Source: Octopus vulgaris
Lineage: Eukaryota
Assembly (NCBI GenBank): GCA_951406725.2
Contig: OX597817.1
Span: forward strand, 53,444,001 to 53,508,000
Length of the DNA stretch: 64,000 nucleotides
Reading direction: 5' to 3'
Positions 1 through 12,372 of the stretch are shown piece after piece. Below the pieces are notes generated by a model, which saw only the letters and a list, made by a program, of their open reading frames with translations, did not search any database and was not told the origin of the DNA. A program made the position numbers and the translations under genes. Positions within the stretch are counted from its first letter, which is position 1; each line of letters starts with the position of its first letter.

Positions 1-319
1 CATTTTTAGTGAGTTATAGGCAAAAAATGGAAAAAAAATGATGGTAAATTTTTTTTTAGTTAAAAAGGTCGAGTTGCGTCCCCTAGACAGTCTGTGGTTT
101 GTGTTTCTGATTCTCGACCCCATGTCGAAATTATCGATTTTTTTCAGAACTGGGGGAACTTTTCAAAATTTTCGCTGCGTTAGTTTTGAATTATGACATT
201 GGGCTATGTGTGTGTCAAGTTTCATCAGAATCGGTTGAAAGCCGTGGTCAGGGTGAGGGTACAACCTAACAGACACACAGAAACACACACAGACAAACTG
301 CCGTTTATATATAGAGAGA
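1..319 (-). mobile_element. 5' part of a non-autonomous Helitron, running off the window edge
   Basis: Minus strand reads A|TCTCTCTATATATAAACGGCAG-TTTGTCTGTGTG...CAACCGATTCTGATGAAACTTG, the usual 5' TC start and GTCTGT-repeat layout of animal non-autonomous Helitrons. The 3' end is not visible. Confidence 0.6.
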
Positions 320-904
320 TAACAGACAGGTCAGACTTAGTAACTGATGATACTTGATTCCTCTTCCTCCCACCACTACTCTTAGCACTACTCCCCACTC
401 CTATCAAACCATCTCAATTATTCAGGTTTATAGAATTATTTTAACCCCTTCCCCACCGTCAATGTAAGTTTAGTTTAATAGATTTATATTATCTATTAGA
501 AGCAATGTAACAATATGCTGCTATTTCAAGAATTTTGCTACATCAACTTTGGCACCAAACTCAGTTTTAATGACAGTTAACTAATACAGCTTGTCCTTGG
601 GATATTTCTTCCGGTCATTATTGTAAATTAGTGTTTTGTCTGTTTTGGAAGAGGGCTGGCAAAATTTCTAGAGAGGAGTGTTTTTTGTGGAGAGGAAAGA
701 TGTTTATTAAAACAAAATTAGCTTCATGGTATTGGAATAATACTTATGTTATTGAAAAATGTATTGCTGGAAATATTATTAGATGTGTAGTAGTAGTAGG
801 AATAATAATAATAATAATTTCTTTTATTAGCCACTGGGGCATAGATGAGGGGGACATCACAAGGGCACACAACAATTTGTGTGGGGATTTACATAAAGGA
901 TGCC

Positions 905-1173
905 AGTACTCACTGACTGGCCACCGTGCAGGTGGCACGTAAAAAGCACTATCCAAACGTGATCGATGCCAGGCCCACCTGACTGGCTCCTGTGCCAGTG
1001 ACATGTAAAAAGCACCCACTACACTCTCAGAGTGGTTGGCATTAGGAAGGGCATCCAGCTGTAGAAACATTGCCAGATCAGATTGGAGCCTGGTGCAGCT
1101 ACTGGCTCTCCAGACCTCAGTCAAACCATCCAACCCATGCCAGCATGGAAAACGGATGTTAAACGATGATGAT
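905..1173 (+). mobile_element. SINE family C 3' part with (GAT)n tail
   Basis: Motif gcacccactacactctc..gagtggttggc.ttaggaagggcatccagctgtagaaac...ccaacccatgc.agcatggaaa.cgga.gttaaacgatgatgat recurs more than 10 times in the window. Confidence 0.85.
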
Positions 1174-1319
1174 GGAAAGAAAGAAATGAATGTGACAGTG
1201 AAATGCGATGAAGTATATATAGTACACAAACCATGTGGTAGTATGAATGATGCAGTTCTCCTGATACAGGAGTAAATTCCAATTAGGGCCAATCAAGGAA
1301 CCCCACGGATCCAGGATTA

Positions 1320-1492
1320 CCCTGACGGTGAAGGGCTTGGTGGAACTTTAAAAAGTCAATGAATGCTTGACTGAAGAGGAAGGTGTCTTTCCTCAATCCT
1401 TTCAGCCTTGGCCACAACACAACTTCTTTTACCATAGCCACTAGACAGAAGAACACAGCCTTCCCTACCTTGTTAAAAGCGTGTGGTGGGGC
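1320..1492 (-). mobile_element. Decayed non-LTR retrotransposon ORF2 C-terminal fragment, L1/Tx1-like
   Basis: Peptide AFNKVGKAVFFCLVAMVKEVVLWPRLKGL...FIDFLKFH resembles the A.K..IW..R region of Tx1-type ORF2; GC-richer than its flanks. Confidence 0.45.
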
Positions 1493-1886
1493 CCTAGGCC
1501 AGCAGTTTTTAGGGGAGGAGAGTTGATTATCAACCCTGAAAGAATGAAAGATAAAGTCAGCCTTAATGGAATTTGATCTCAAAATATAAAGAGCTGGAAG
1601 AGAAATGTCTCTAACATTTTGTCCAGTATGCTAATGATTCTGCCAGCTCACTTGACTAACTAACAATGACAATAATTATAACAATAATAATTAACTGTAA
1701 TGGATAAAAATATATTAGTTCTACTTTGATTTTGGTATCATTTTAAGACAGAAAAGTTGAGCCTGTTTGAATAATCTCAGATTAGTATTCTCAACATAGT
1801 TTTATATTCACAAAGCATAAACTTTTGTATTTTCACATCCGTATATTTACTTCTTCAACTGATTGCATCTCTCTTTCTCCCGCCCC

Positions 1887-1920
<34 letters not shown>

Positions 1921-1974
1921 TCTATTTACATAATATTGAGGTCTCTTTCTTTTGTTATCTTACCATATAAATAT

Positions 1975-2160
1975 ATCTTGAATGCTCGAAATGAGGAGTA
2001 GATAGACAGCCGATAACTGATGACAGGTCCTTTCTCTGTGTTAACTTGTCCTGTTTTCCATTTTTTTTCTTATTGTTTATGTATTTCACTAATTTTCCCC
2101 TCATTTGTTTATGTAGTTCATGTCATTTGCACTGTTGGTGACGTCCTGTACCCTTATATA

Positions 2161-2165
<5 letters not shown>
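1975..2165 (+). repeat. Dispersed repeat with a second copy at ~7145-7310; possible Penelope-like terminal fragment
   Basis: Both copies share ctcgaaatgag.agta.atagacagccga.aactgatga..ggtc...cttgtcctgttt...ctgttggtgac.tcct.taccc, and both abut simple repeats. Confidence 0.65.
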
Positions 2166-2235
<70 letters not shown>

Positions 2236-3423
2236 TATATACAAACATACTGCTCAGTTTTAAAAATTTCTCTATATACTTCTTCCGTCCAGGGAGGAAG
2301 TATATATACCATAGAAATTGGCCCTGTGGTCCTTACAAAGTAACATGGTCTAACCAACCTGTCTCCACTGGCCTTGTAGTATGGTCGTTAAGGAAACTTT
2401 AGTTTGGCATAATTTTTTTTTTCTATCCAGAAATTCTGTGCATGTATTTCAAAGAATTTCTGACTAAAAATGTTTCCAATTTATTAAAAATCTTCTAATT
2501 AAATATATACTGGAGAAATTCATCAATGTTTATTTTTCACTTTTGAGATAAATATTACCAGATTCCAATGCGTTGATGAGTTTGATTAGATCTGATTATG
2601 TTTTCTCAAAGAGAGAGCTACTCTGTGTAATGTAGCTGAAGAGATTCTTTGCCTGATATCAAGGTTGTAATTAAAGTTTTATAATTCTGCCATGTTCTTA
2701 TGTCACTGTCATCATTATCATCACTGTCTCCTCACCACCACATATGTTGCTTGAATTGGCCAGGTTGTCTCCAGTTTTCTGTTTTGCTGTTTGTTTCATT
2801 TCTCTGTCATTTCCCTCCTGTGCCTGGTTTTTGTCACATCTTACCATTCCTTCCTCTTTCTGCATGTTCCTAGCCACTGCTTTATCCAACTGCCATCATC
2901 CAACATGCAACACTAGTCTAGTTTTTTTCACACATTGTATCTGGTTCCTCTTATATCCACCTTTTTTCTTTCTTTCTTTCATTTCTACGCAATCAACATC
3001 CTGCTAAGGCATGCTCACCTCATTTCATTCCAACCATCAAATATCCTCCATATTTCACGCCTGTCGTTTCTGTTATGCAACAATGAACATACACAACAAG
3101 CATCATGCAATCTTCCGTTCACTTTCTGAGTAAAGGGGAGATTTTATGATACTTGTATATGTTGCCAGTAGAAATAAAAACTCCCTCAACTTTATCCACT
3201 TCATTTACACTTTAGTTATTTTGCTGCCATTAATATTCATAGCGTTTCCCATACCTCTGGTAGAAAAATTAATTTTTTTTTTACCCAACAAAATGCAACT
3301 TCAGGAACTAGGCTCCAAAAGGTCCAAATTTTCTTTCAGTATTCTTCAGTTGTTATCGTTGCAGACCTACCTTTCCTTTTTTTCATTCATCATTGATTTG
3401 TTTTTGCTTTTGTTTCATTGCAG

Positions 3424-3568
3424 ACATTTCAAAAAATCGTTTCACAGAAATTCCAGAAGAAATTGGAGAGTATGCGTCATTAGAAAGATTAAATTGTTAC
3501 CATAATTTGATCCGGTCTATTCCAGAAAATGTGGGCCATTTACAAGTATTAACACATCTCAATTTGAG
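3424..3568 (+). CDS. LRCH: Internal coding exon (145 bp, phase 1 to 2) of an LRCH-family leucine-rich repeat and calponin homology protein
   Basis: Preceded by a polypyrimidine tract and ttgcag acceptor, followed by an AG|gtaatt donor. Translates (D)ISKNRFTEIPEEIGEYASLERLNCYHNLIRSIPENVGHLQVLTHLNL(S), which closely resembles vertebrate LRCH DLSKNR..E.P...LE.LNLYHN.IR.IPE....LQ.LT.LNLS as I recall it. Missed by the ORF track. Confidence 0.93.
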
Positions 3569-3842
3569 GTAATTACCATTTTCTCATTATTTCTTTATTT
3601 GAAGTACCGTATCCCAGACTTTTGTAGCTCAGTGCCCTTTTGCTCAATAGGATTTCATAAATACCTTCTTTGCTGCTGTGGAGTAGTGTCTCTGTATTAA
3701 AATTTTATGGGAATTACTAAAGAATGTGAAGAGTTATTCAATGAAGTTGTTGTATTGAACCGTTGATGTACCACCAGTTATGTTTCTGCTCAGCAATAAC
3801 ACAAATCATCATCATCATCATCAGATAATAATTATTATTAGA

Positions 3843-4315
3843 AAGGCGGCAAACTTGCAGAAACATTAGCATGCCGGGTGAAATGCTTAGCAGTATTTCG
3901 TCTGTCTTTACGTTCTGAGTTCAAATTCCGCCAAGGTCAACTTTACCTTTCATCCTTTTGGGGGTCGATAGATTAAGTACCAGTGAAACACTGGGGTCGA
4001 TAAAATTGACTAGTCCCCTCCCCCACAAATCTGAGGCCTCATACCTCCAATAAAAAGGATTATTATTATTAAAAAAGCAGTGAGCTGGCAGAATCACTTA
4101 GCATGCTGGACAAAATGCTTAGCGGTATTTTGCCTGTCGCAACAAGCTGGCGCAATCGTTACCATTCCATGCAAAATGCTTAACAGCATGCCTTCCAGTT
4201 TTCTGTCCTGAGTTCAAATTCTGCCAAAGTCACCTTTGCCTTTCATCATTTCAGAGTCGAAAAACTAATTGCCTGTTAAGTACTGGGATTGATGTAATTG
4301 ACTAATTAACTCCCT
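3843..4315 (+). mobile_element. Two adjacent copies of tRNA-derived SINE family A (Meta-domain-like core)
   Basis: B-box-like gagttcaaattcc followed by gtc.actttgcctttcatcc.tt.ggggtcgata.attaagtaccag. Confidence 0.8.
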
Positions 4316-5202
4316 TCAAGAATTATTATGTATTCTGATCATGGCAAACAAGGCCAAGTGGTTAAGAAGTTGGTTTTGGCACTTTTTAACCACCAGTTGT
4401 TCAATGCTTTGCAGCTAGGTATGCATAGGGTCTTTGTTATTCAATAGACGTAGGAAAATGTTACCTTCTTTAGACAGAGACATCATCATCGTTTAATGTC
4501 CGCTTTCCATGCTAGCATGGGTTGGATGATGGATTGGCGAGCCAGAAGTAGCTGTCTCTATAAAGTGTTGTTAATCTATCTCATATTGGCACAGAATTGA
4601 ACACGTCAAATTGAGGAGAGAGAGAGAGAGAGGGACACACACACACACACACATATACACAGAGGAAGTCTGTAAGTGGTTATTTTGACCTGTCAGGAAT
4701 AGCAACCAAATTACCTACAAATCAATAATGCATTATCTTAAAAGAGGTTGGAAACCATTAGATTATGTCAATGAAATTAGCTTGAAAAAAATATAAGTGG
4801 GGGATGGCCATGGCTAGATTGCCTTTAATCATGGATCTGCTTGATTAAAGTTGACTTGAGCTTAACAACAACAACTTAGCATTTCTTGTCTGTTGATGTT
4901 AGGGAGATGCTGTTTGAATAAGAATTTTATTACTACCTAATTAAACTCTATTAATAATGATGAAACATCTAATGATGTTTGACTAAACCTGAATGTTTAC
5001 AATTTAAATCCCCAAACCTGGATTCTCCAACAAAATAGAAGTGTCACTGTGTATTGTCTTTTATTGAATGGCTTTTGTTTTATTGTAATTTAATTCAACT
5101 AATTATTGTTTAACCTGCTCTAATTAATTTAGACCTATGATCAAAGATATTCTCACTGTAACCATCCTTTTTTTTTTTTTTTTCATTGGTACAGTGTACC
5201 CA

Positions 5203-5430
5203 GGCGCGCTGGCAGAAACGTTAGCACGCCGGGCGAAATGCGTAACCGTATTTCATCTGCTGCTACGTTCTGAGTTCAAATTCCGCCGAGGTCGACTTTG
5301 CCTTTCATCCTTTCAGGGTCGATTAAATAAGTAGCAGTTACACACTGGGGTCGATATAATTGACTTAATCCGTTTGTCTGTCCTTGTTCGTTCCCTCTTT
5401 GTTTAGCCCCTTGTGGGTAGTAAAGAAATA
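5203..5430 (+). mobile_element. Full-length SINE family A copy with TSD
   Basis: Flanked by the direct repeat GGTACAGTGTACCCAGG at 5188-5204 and 5431-5447; tRNA-like head and conserved core. Confidence 0.92.
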
Positions 5431-6919
5431 GGTACAGTGTACCCAGGACACACATACTATCCAATGTGTTCTCTTTTTCTGAGTTTGTAGGATGTGATTT
5501 GAAGGAAATTTTGGTTACTATTTTTAGCAGATCAAATAATCATTTAGAGGCTTTCGTTATTGGCTTGAGGCTATTTAGTTAGATTTCAAGGTAGGCCCGA
5601 GGTTACAAGAATGAAACTGAATTAGATTAGAATTTAGAAAATTTGGTGTCTGCACTCCTTATCCAATCAATGATGGCTATTGTAAAACTGACAAAAATTG
5701 GTAATAACTTCTACTGAAACACTTTGACTATGGAATCTATTACAATGCGATCATGGCAATTAAATTAGGTATTGTCATCATTGATACAGCCCTCTCCCTT
5801 TTGTTGTCACTAACCTCGCTCCGACAATTGATGGTCTCATTTTTTTTTTCTCGAATCTTAAAATACAGTCACCATTATATTTAACAGCACAATAAGCTTT
5901 CCCTTACATTTTGCTGTTCAGTTTAATTATCCAGGAATTTCAGTGTATATTTTATAAAGGGTCGTCAGAATAAACTATTGATGTATGTGTGACAGCATCT
6001 ATTGTTAATTTGTGTGCAGTCACCTGACTGTATATACACAGCTAGGTCAGCTTTTGTTTCTTGTTAACAGAATGAATGAAATCACATCCACCGTAATCAT
6101 CTGCCCACTTAATTAAGGCTAACACATTACTTGCATGCAGTGTACAGGGGTGGGCAAAAGTAGGTATACGATTTTTTAGTATGAGTGGAATGTTTTTTTC
6201 TTTTCTCTATTTTTTTAAAAACCCGAGCAATTCATAAGTTGATTAAAGGGTCTGCAGGGTATGCTTAGTTCATTGGAAAGCCCTCTTTTTTTGATTTCTA
6301 TGGGAGCTGTATACACACCTTTGCCTACCCTTGTGTACATACACACAGGTTGTATATAATGTATATAGATGGTACATGCAGTCTACATACAGCATAGATA
6401 GAAGGGAGATGTGAGATAGGAAGAAAGGTAATGTAGGGGGGCGGGCGGGGGTATGTGAGGTGTAGGGGAGGGAGAAGGGGTATGTGAGGTGTAGGGGGGG
6501 AGGCTTGCTAGGTAACATAAAAGATGTCTACAGCAAAGAATGGGATTGAATACTGGACATAGCAGATAAACAGTACTTCTGAAGTGCATAAATATACAGA
6601 CTCTAATATGTTATAGTTGTGTAACGTCTATTTTAGTATTTAGTTGGTGGATAGTCGCATGACCATGTATGGAGGTGGGTCAGCTTTTGTTCCTCATCAG
6701 TGAAATGACTGAATTTTGAGCTGGCAGCAACCACCACCACCACCATTGCCTCTGCTGTCGTCATTTGTCCACCTAATTATAATGTCAGTGGCCTCTGTTG
6801 TGAATGTCTTTCTTTAATTATTTTCAGATGTTAGCAATTGTGTGAACATCACGCCACATTGTTTTGAAATACGAATCATAAGAAATTTATGGCAATAAAT
6901 TAGCAGAATCATGAGATTC

Positions 6920-7045
6920 TGGTGCTGGTGTCATGTGGTGCTGGTGCCACATTAAAAGCACTGATGCTGGTGCCACATTAAAAACACTGGTGCTGGCACC
7001 ACATTAAAAGCACAGGTGCTACATTAAAAGTACTGGTGTCATGTA
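6920..7045 (+). repeat. Short array of the 26-bp family C module (aaaagcactggtgctggtgccacatt)
   Basis: About 4 degenerate units related to the array at 39655-40215. Confidence 0.75.
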
Positions 7046-8127
7046 AAACTGTCCTGTTTTTGTTCCCAACTTCCACCCTCCATAAATCCCAAATTTTATT
7101 TTGGTATTTATGGGAGCAAACTGTCTTCAAAGACTCATATTGTCATTCAATACTCGAAATGAGTAGTAAATAGACAGCCGACAACTGATGAAGGGTCATT
7201 CTTTGTGTTACTTGTCCTGTTTTCCATTTGTTTCTCTCATTTTTTGCATATTGAACTCGCTTGTTTTCATATTTCATGTTGTTTACTGTTGGTGACATCC
7301 TATACCCCCCCCCCACACACACACACATACATATCTCACAATACTTCTGTGTGTGTGTTTCTGCCTGTCAGAATATTTGATTATAAAAAGAGATGATTTT
7401 TTAAAAAACATGGGATTGCTAGGCAGGGTGGGGGCCCATTTGAGTGAAATAGGAATCAAAGGGATCTAAAATATAGTTATGAAACACTGATCTGTGGATA
7501 TATGGTTATGGGGTCATTAGGACTCCTTTCAACAATTTCTTGGGTTCTTTCAGGTGTAAATCCTTTCATAAGCGTTGGGTGGATATATATATATCACAAT
7601 CCTTCTGTATGTGTCTATCTGATTTTCTGTGTGTGTGTTTCTGCCTGTCAGTCTCTTGTGTGTGTGTCTGTCTGACACTGTGTCAATACGTGCATGTCCT
7701 GTCTTGTCTTTGTGTGTTTGCAGTCTGTGTGCACTTCTGTGTGTCTGTATGATTTTGCGTGTGTATCTAACTTTCTATATCTCTCTCTAAATTGAATGTG
7801 ATTGTGAGATAAGAAATTACCATACAGTCGAGGAGGTGTATACTTCTGCTAACCTCAATATCCAATGTCAGCAACACAAGTGAAATTAGAGTGTTTAGTT
7901 CTTGGCTAATGCTAGCTGGGTTGCTGAGTACAAAGACAAAACACAAGCTATGTACTATGAAGTGGAGTTAATAAGTTCTAGTGGTGGCCATGGAAAAGTC
8001 AAAAGATGGCCTTGTGCTGGTTTAATAAACTTCTTCTCTTACATTTGAGAAGCAGAACCCCCCCCCCCCATTGCTATAAATTGCTTCATATATATTGGAA
8101 GTACAAATCTACATTCTGCTCATTGAG

Positions 8128-8163
<36 letters not shown>

Positions 8164-8204
8164 CACACACACACACACACTGTAGTCTGTGGCCTCATTT
8201 TGGC

Positions 8205-8390
8205 TTATTTATTCTTTTACTTGTTTCAGTCATTTGACTGTGGCCATGCTGGAGCACCGCCTTTAGTCGAACAAATCAACCCCAGGACTTTCTCATCATA
8301 GTACTTATTCTATTCGTTCCTTTTGCTGAACTGCTAAGTTGCAGGGACATAAACACATCAACATCGGTTGTTAAGCGATGGCGGTGGGGA

Positions 8391-8431
<41 letters not shown>

Positions 8432-8590
8432 GGCTTCTTTCAGTTTCCATCTACCAAATCCATTCACAAGGCTTTGGTTGAACCAAGTCTATAGAAGAAA
8501 ACACTTGCCCAAGGTTCCATGCAGTGGGACTGAACCCAGTACCATGTAGTTGGGAAGCCAGCTTCTTACCGCACAGCCATGCCTGCGCCT
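8205..8590 (-). mobile_element. tRNA-derived SINE family B (CORE-like, internal CA/TA microsatellite)
   Basis: Reverse complement of the copy at 9910-10325. Confidence 0.88.
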
Positions 8591-9909
8591 ATTATCCAGA
8601 ATAAACCCAGTTGCTTAAATTCACTCACTATATTTTGAATAAATTACTTTGGAAAAATATTAACAACCTTCAGTTGATCAGGAATTGTTAATTTACTCCA
8701 AATTTTTCTGCTAATGTTCTCTCTGTTCTGCATCAGTGCACAGCCACATGGTTCCCCTATTTTCCTGCATGCAAGTTAGCCTAATGCATAGTGCATGCAA
8801 AAACACAGTCAGTACACTCTACAAAGGGGTTGGTGACTGAAAGAGCATTCAGCTGTAGAAACCAAACCAAATGACAGACATGTGTGAGCACCAGTCTATA
8901 GGAGCAGTGACAATGCATTCAACCCATGCCAGCATAGTAAGTGGATGTATGATGATTGTGTGTGTCTGTGTGTGTGCATATGCCATCTTCAGTTTACATT
9001 TATTTTTCTATATTGGCAAAGGTTGAAAGGGTAATTTGCATAATTAAAAATAAGATGAATTAAGAGAATTAGGTGAAAGGAGTCAGTGACACGAATTTAT
9101 ATAAAGAGCTCATTGCCATACACAGTTCTTTATTGAAATTTCTGTTTGATTTGGAGAATATTAATTATTGGTTACAGAAGAGCAATGAACTCATTGTTAG
9201 TATTTGAACAACATATGTCTTGCTTACTTCGTTCACAATTTACCTAAGTACAACACAATCTCTTCTCTCCCAAATTAGGGATAAATGTCACTCTGTTCTA
9301 ATTAACTCTTTTACTGTAAAAATCTGACATATCCCCTCAAAATTTCATTATCCTTAACTGTGGAAAGCAGTTTTATAAACCAATGTGTTTTTTTTTATTG
9401 TTGTTGTTGGGGAATGCCATGTTTGAAATTATTTTTCTTCAGATGCATCAAGTATATTGAAGCAATGTCACTTACAGAAAATACTAATTCTATTTTTTCG
9501 GTAGCTATTTAACTTCATTACTGGTATAACTATGGAATTTAATTTTGCTGTGAAATGGTTAATCATTTTACCTTTACAGCAGACTTACCAGTCCCATTGG
9601 AATTCTTTAAATTAATCTGTGTGGAATTAAGATCTTTACCTTGATGTCTGACATGGCAAGATTCTTCCATCTTGATTTTATGTGTAGATTAATTAACCCA
9701 AATATTATAAACAAATTATTTAATATAAACAAAATTACACAGCATACAAACACCATTTTGATATACATGTTCACGCAGCCATTCACATTTTTGAAAACTA
9801 TAACATTCTAGCCTCTTTCTGAAAAGTGGAGAAAATGGTTACACCAATAACAGTCTCAGTTGCATTGGTGAATCTAGAGGTTTATTGACAAGTACAATAG
9901 TTTTCTTGA

Positions 9910-10075
9910 AGGAGTGGCTGTGTGGTAAGTAGCTTGCTTATCAACCACATGGTTCTAGGTTCAGTCCCACTGCTTGGCACCTTGGGTAAGTGTCTTCTAC
10001 TATAGCCTCGGGCCGACCAAAGCCTTGTGAGTGGATTTGGTAGACAGAAACTGAAAGAAACCTGTTGTATATATG

Positions 10076-10124
<49 letters not shown>

Positions 10125-10325
10125 TTGTGTGTCTGTGTTTGTCCCCCCAACATCACTTGACAACCAATTGTGGTGTGTTTATGTCCCCGTAACTTAGCGG
10201 TTCGGCAAAAGAGAAAGATAGAATAAGTACTAGACTTGCAAAGAATAAGTCCTGGGGTCGATTTGCTCAACTAAAGGCGGTACTCCAGCATGGCTATGGT
10301 CAAATGACTGAAACAAGTAAAAGAG
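9910..10325 (+). mobile_element. Full-length SINE family B
   Basis: Head gtggctgtgtggtaag...ggttcagtccc (A/B boxes), CORE-like accttgggtaagt, internal (TA)(TG)n, tail ...tgactgaaacaagtaaaagag. Confidence 0.9.
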
Positions 10326-10447
10326 TAGTAGAAAAGCTCAGTCACAAAGGTTTGTAGTTCCAAATATTGAGAAATATTTTTTTGCTAGATTTAATTCGGT
10401 TGTATTCAATTGTATTTCTATAAATTCCATCTGATATTAACAAATTA

Positions 10448-11623
10448 TCTCTTATTATAAAAGGCAGATTTTATCTGCCTCCCTTTGTCAGTTATAGAAA
10501 TCTACAATATAGGATTTCTTCAATTACAATTTACCTAGCATTTTTAAGAGTAGAATGCATCGGGTTTTGCCAGGTCCAGTTTTTAAAATTTAAACTCCAA
10601 TTAAGCAAAATTTACAGAAAACTCACATTCTGGTGTGTATGTCAAATGCTTTTCTTAGTCTGGTTTACAGCACACGCAAACGCGCACACACAGTGTGCAA
10701 CGAATAAAGTGAAACTAGATGTAATATTTGTTTCTGTCTATCATGCTGATAGATACATGAGTAAAATGTATGGCAAGCTAACAGATAAGAGTGAGTGAAA
10801 ATGTTCTTGGAAGAGAGTAAATAGCAACAGAGTGATTTGAGGAAGACTAAACTGAAAGTATGAAACAGTGTTTATGTATAAACAGACGACACTTATATAA
10901 ACCCTTTCGTTACCAAACCGCCCGAATTTACCTATTCATATTTAAATGAGAATATCAGAGTAAATCTCTTTAGTACATTCGTGAAAACACGTATTATACT
11001 TCGTAAACACTTCAAATACAGTTTTGTACAAAAATCGAAGTGTAATTTTAATTCCGTGAATTATGGGAGATTTTTTTCCGAAATTTGTTCCTATTGTGTT
11101 TTCAAAATTTGTAATTCTGACAAAAAATGGATACGAATTTCATTATATCAAGCAGCGAGTCAGAATTCGAAGGATTTTCTACTGAAGACCTTCATAAATC
11201 TAACTCTATGACTGAAAAAAAAAAGCATCTTTATATAAGAGTGAAGCTGTGTGTCTGTCTCCTACGATTTAGATTCGTAACTACTCCCACATTTTGCGGT
11301 GCAGTTTAACCAAAAGCGGGTATCTTATAGTCGTGATTCATATCGAGCCCTTCTGGGTATTAGTGCGCGTCTACGATGAGTCTACGATTTAAAAAAAAAT
11401 TACCATCATATTTTTCCATTTTAATGCATTTTTTTCGCTTTTATATAAGGGAAGTAACTCTCTAAAAATATCTATGATGTGTCAACGATTAAAAAAAAAA
11501 ATTTACCTTAATTTTTTTTCAATTTTTAATGCATTTTTTTGCTATTTTTTGGCTATAACTTTCTAAAAATGCTTATATAGTTATTTCCCTTACAACCCGA
11601 GCAACGCCGGGTGATACTGCTAG
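10448..11623 (+). mobile_element. Composite non-autonomous Helitron (two 5' ends, one 3' end)
   Basis: A|TC starts at 10448 (TCTCTTATTATAAAAGGCAG) and 11228 (TCTTTATATAAGAGTG). 3' hairpin CCCGAGCAACGCCGGG at 11596-11611, then CTAG|T at 11620-11624. Internal ~100-bp tandem duplication at ~11380-11570. Confidence 0.72.
10899..11215 (+). mobile_element. piggyBac-like left end with possible start of a transposase
   Basis: taaaCCCTTTCGTTACC resembles the TIRs of the window's TTAA MITEs. The downstream ORF MDTNFIISSSESEFEGFSTEDL has the acidic EFEGF N-terminus seen in piggyBac-type transposases. Confidence 0.5.
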
Positions 11624-11949
11624 TATCTTCTAAAAGAGTTCACTTTGATTTGAAATGGCAGAGATGATTATCAAATTAATCTCTTATGATTTAATTAACT
11701 TTAAAAACTATGTGTGAGTTGAAAAAGCTAAATACCTTTGTAAAAGATTGAAGTCCCTTAAAGTGAGTGACCATTCATGACTTGAAGTTTAGTTTTGAGT
11801 GTTGACACTGGTGTAAATATGTCCATTACTATTATTATTATTATTATTATTTGGTCTTTTGCTTGGAGCTCACTTCAAGTTTAACATGTGAAGATAACCA
11901 GTGAGGTCCGTCTGCCATTGTTCCAACCATTCTTTGTCATTCAGTTTAA

Positions 11950-12372
11950 CCTATTAAGTCCCACTGTCCTATAAATAGGACACTAAATGAGAACATTAGA
12001 TAAGCTATATCACATTGTCTCAGTGCCCTATTTATAGGACACCGAGTATTTTCCATTTCTACCTAGCCTCGCCTGGCACCTGTGCCGGTGGCACGTAAAA
12101 AGCACCCACTACGGAGTGGTTGGCGTTAGGAAGGGCATCCAGCTGTAGAAACACTGGCAGATCAAACTGGAGCCTGGTGCAGCCTTCTGGCTTCCCAGAT
12201 CCTGGTCGAACCGTCCAACCCATGCTAACATGGAGAACGGACGTTAAACGATGATGATGATGATGAAGTAAAGGAGTTTTAATAATTATTTTTTTCATTT
12301 TAACCTATTTCCAATCATTTGTGAAAATTTAAAAGTAATATTCAGAAATTTAAGTATTTGGGACTTAATTGG
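11950..12372. mobile_element. TTAA-flanked (piggyBac-type) MITE interrupted by a family C SINE
   Basis: TTAA|CCTATTAAGTCCCA...TGGGACTTAATTGG|TTAA (13/14 TIR match). Internal inverted repeat tgtcctataaataggacact / agtgccctatttataggaca. SINE C at ~12065-12265. Confidence 0.8.

Noticed and set aside
744-1292. 182-aa ORF and similar recurring peptides (LALGRASSCRN, LQLDALPNANH)
   Set aside because: Read-through of SINE family C copies.
6143-6180. TA-CAGGGGTGGGCAAAAGTAGG, a Tc1/mariner-like TIR
   Set aside because: No partner TIR found; too short to call an element.
6828-6900. ttttcag|ATGTTAGCAATTGT, resembling the start of the DVSCN exon
   Set aside because: No LRR pattern follows and no matching donor; the flanking true exons already join seamlessly.
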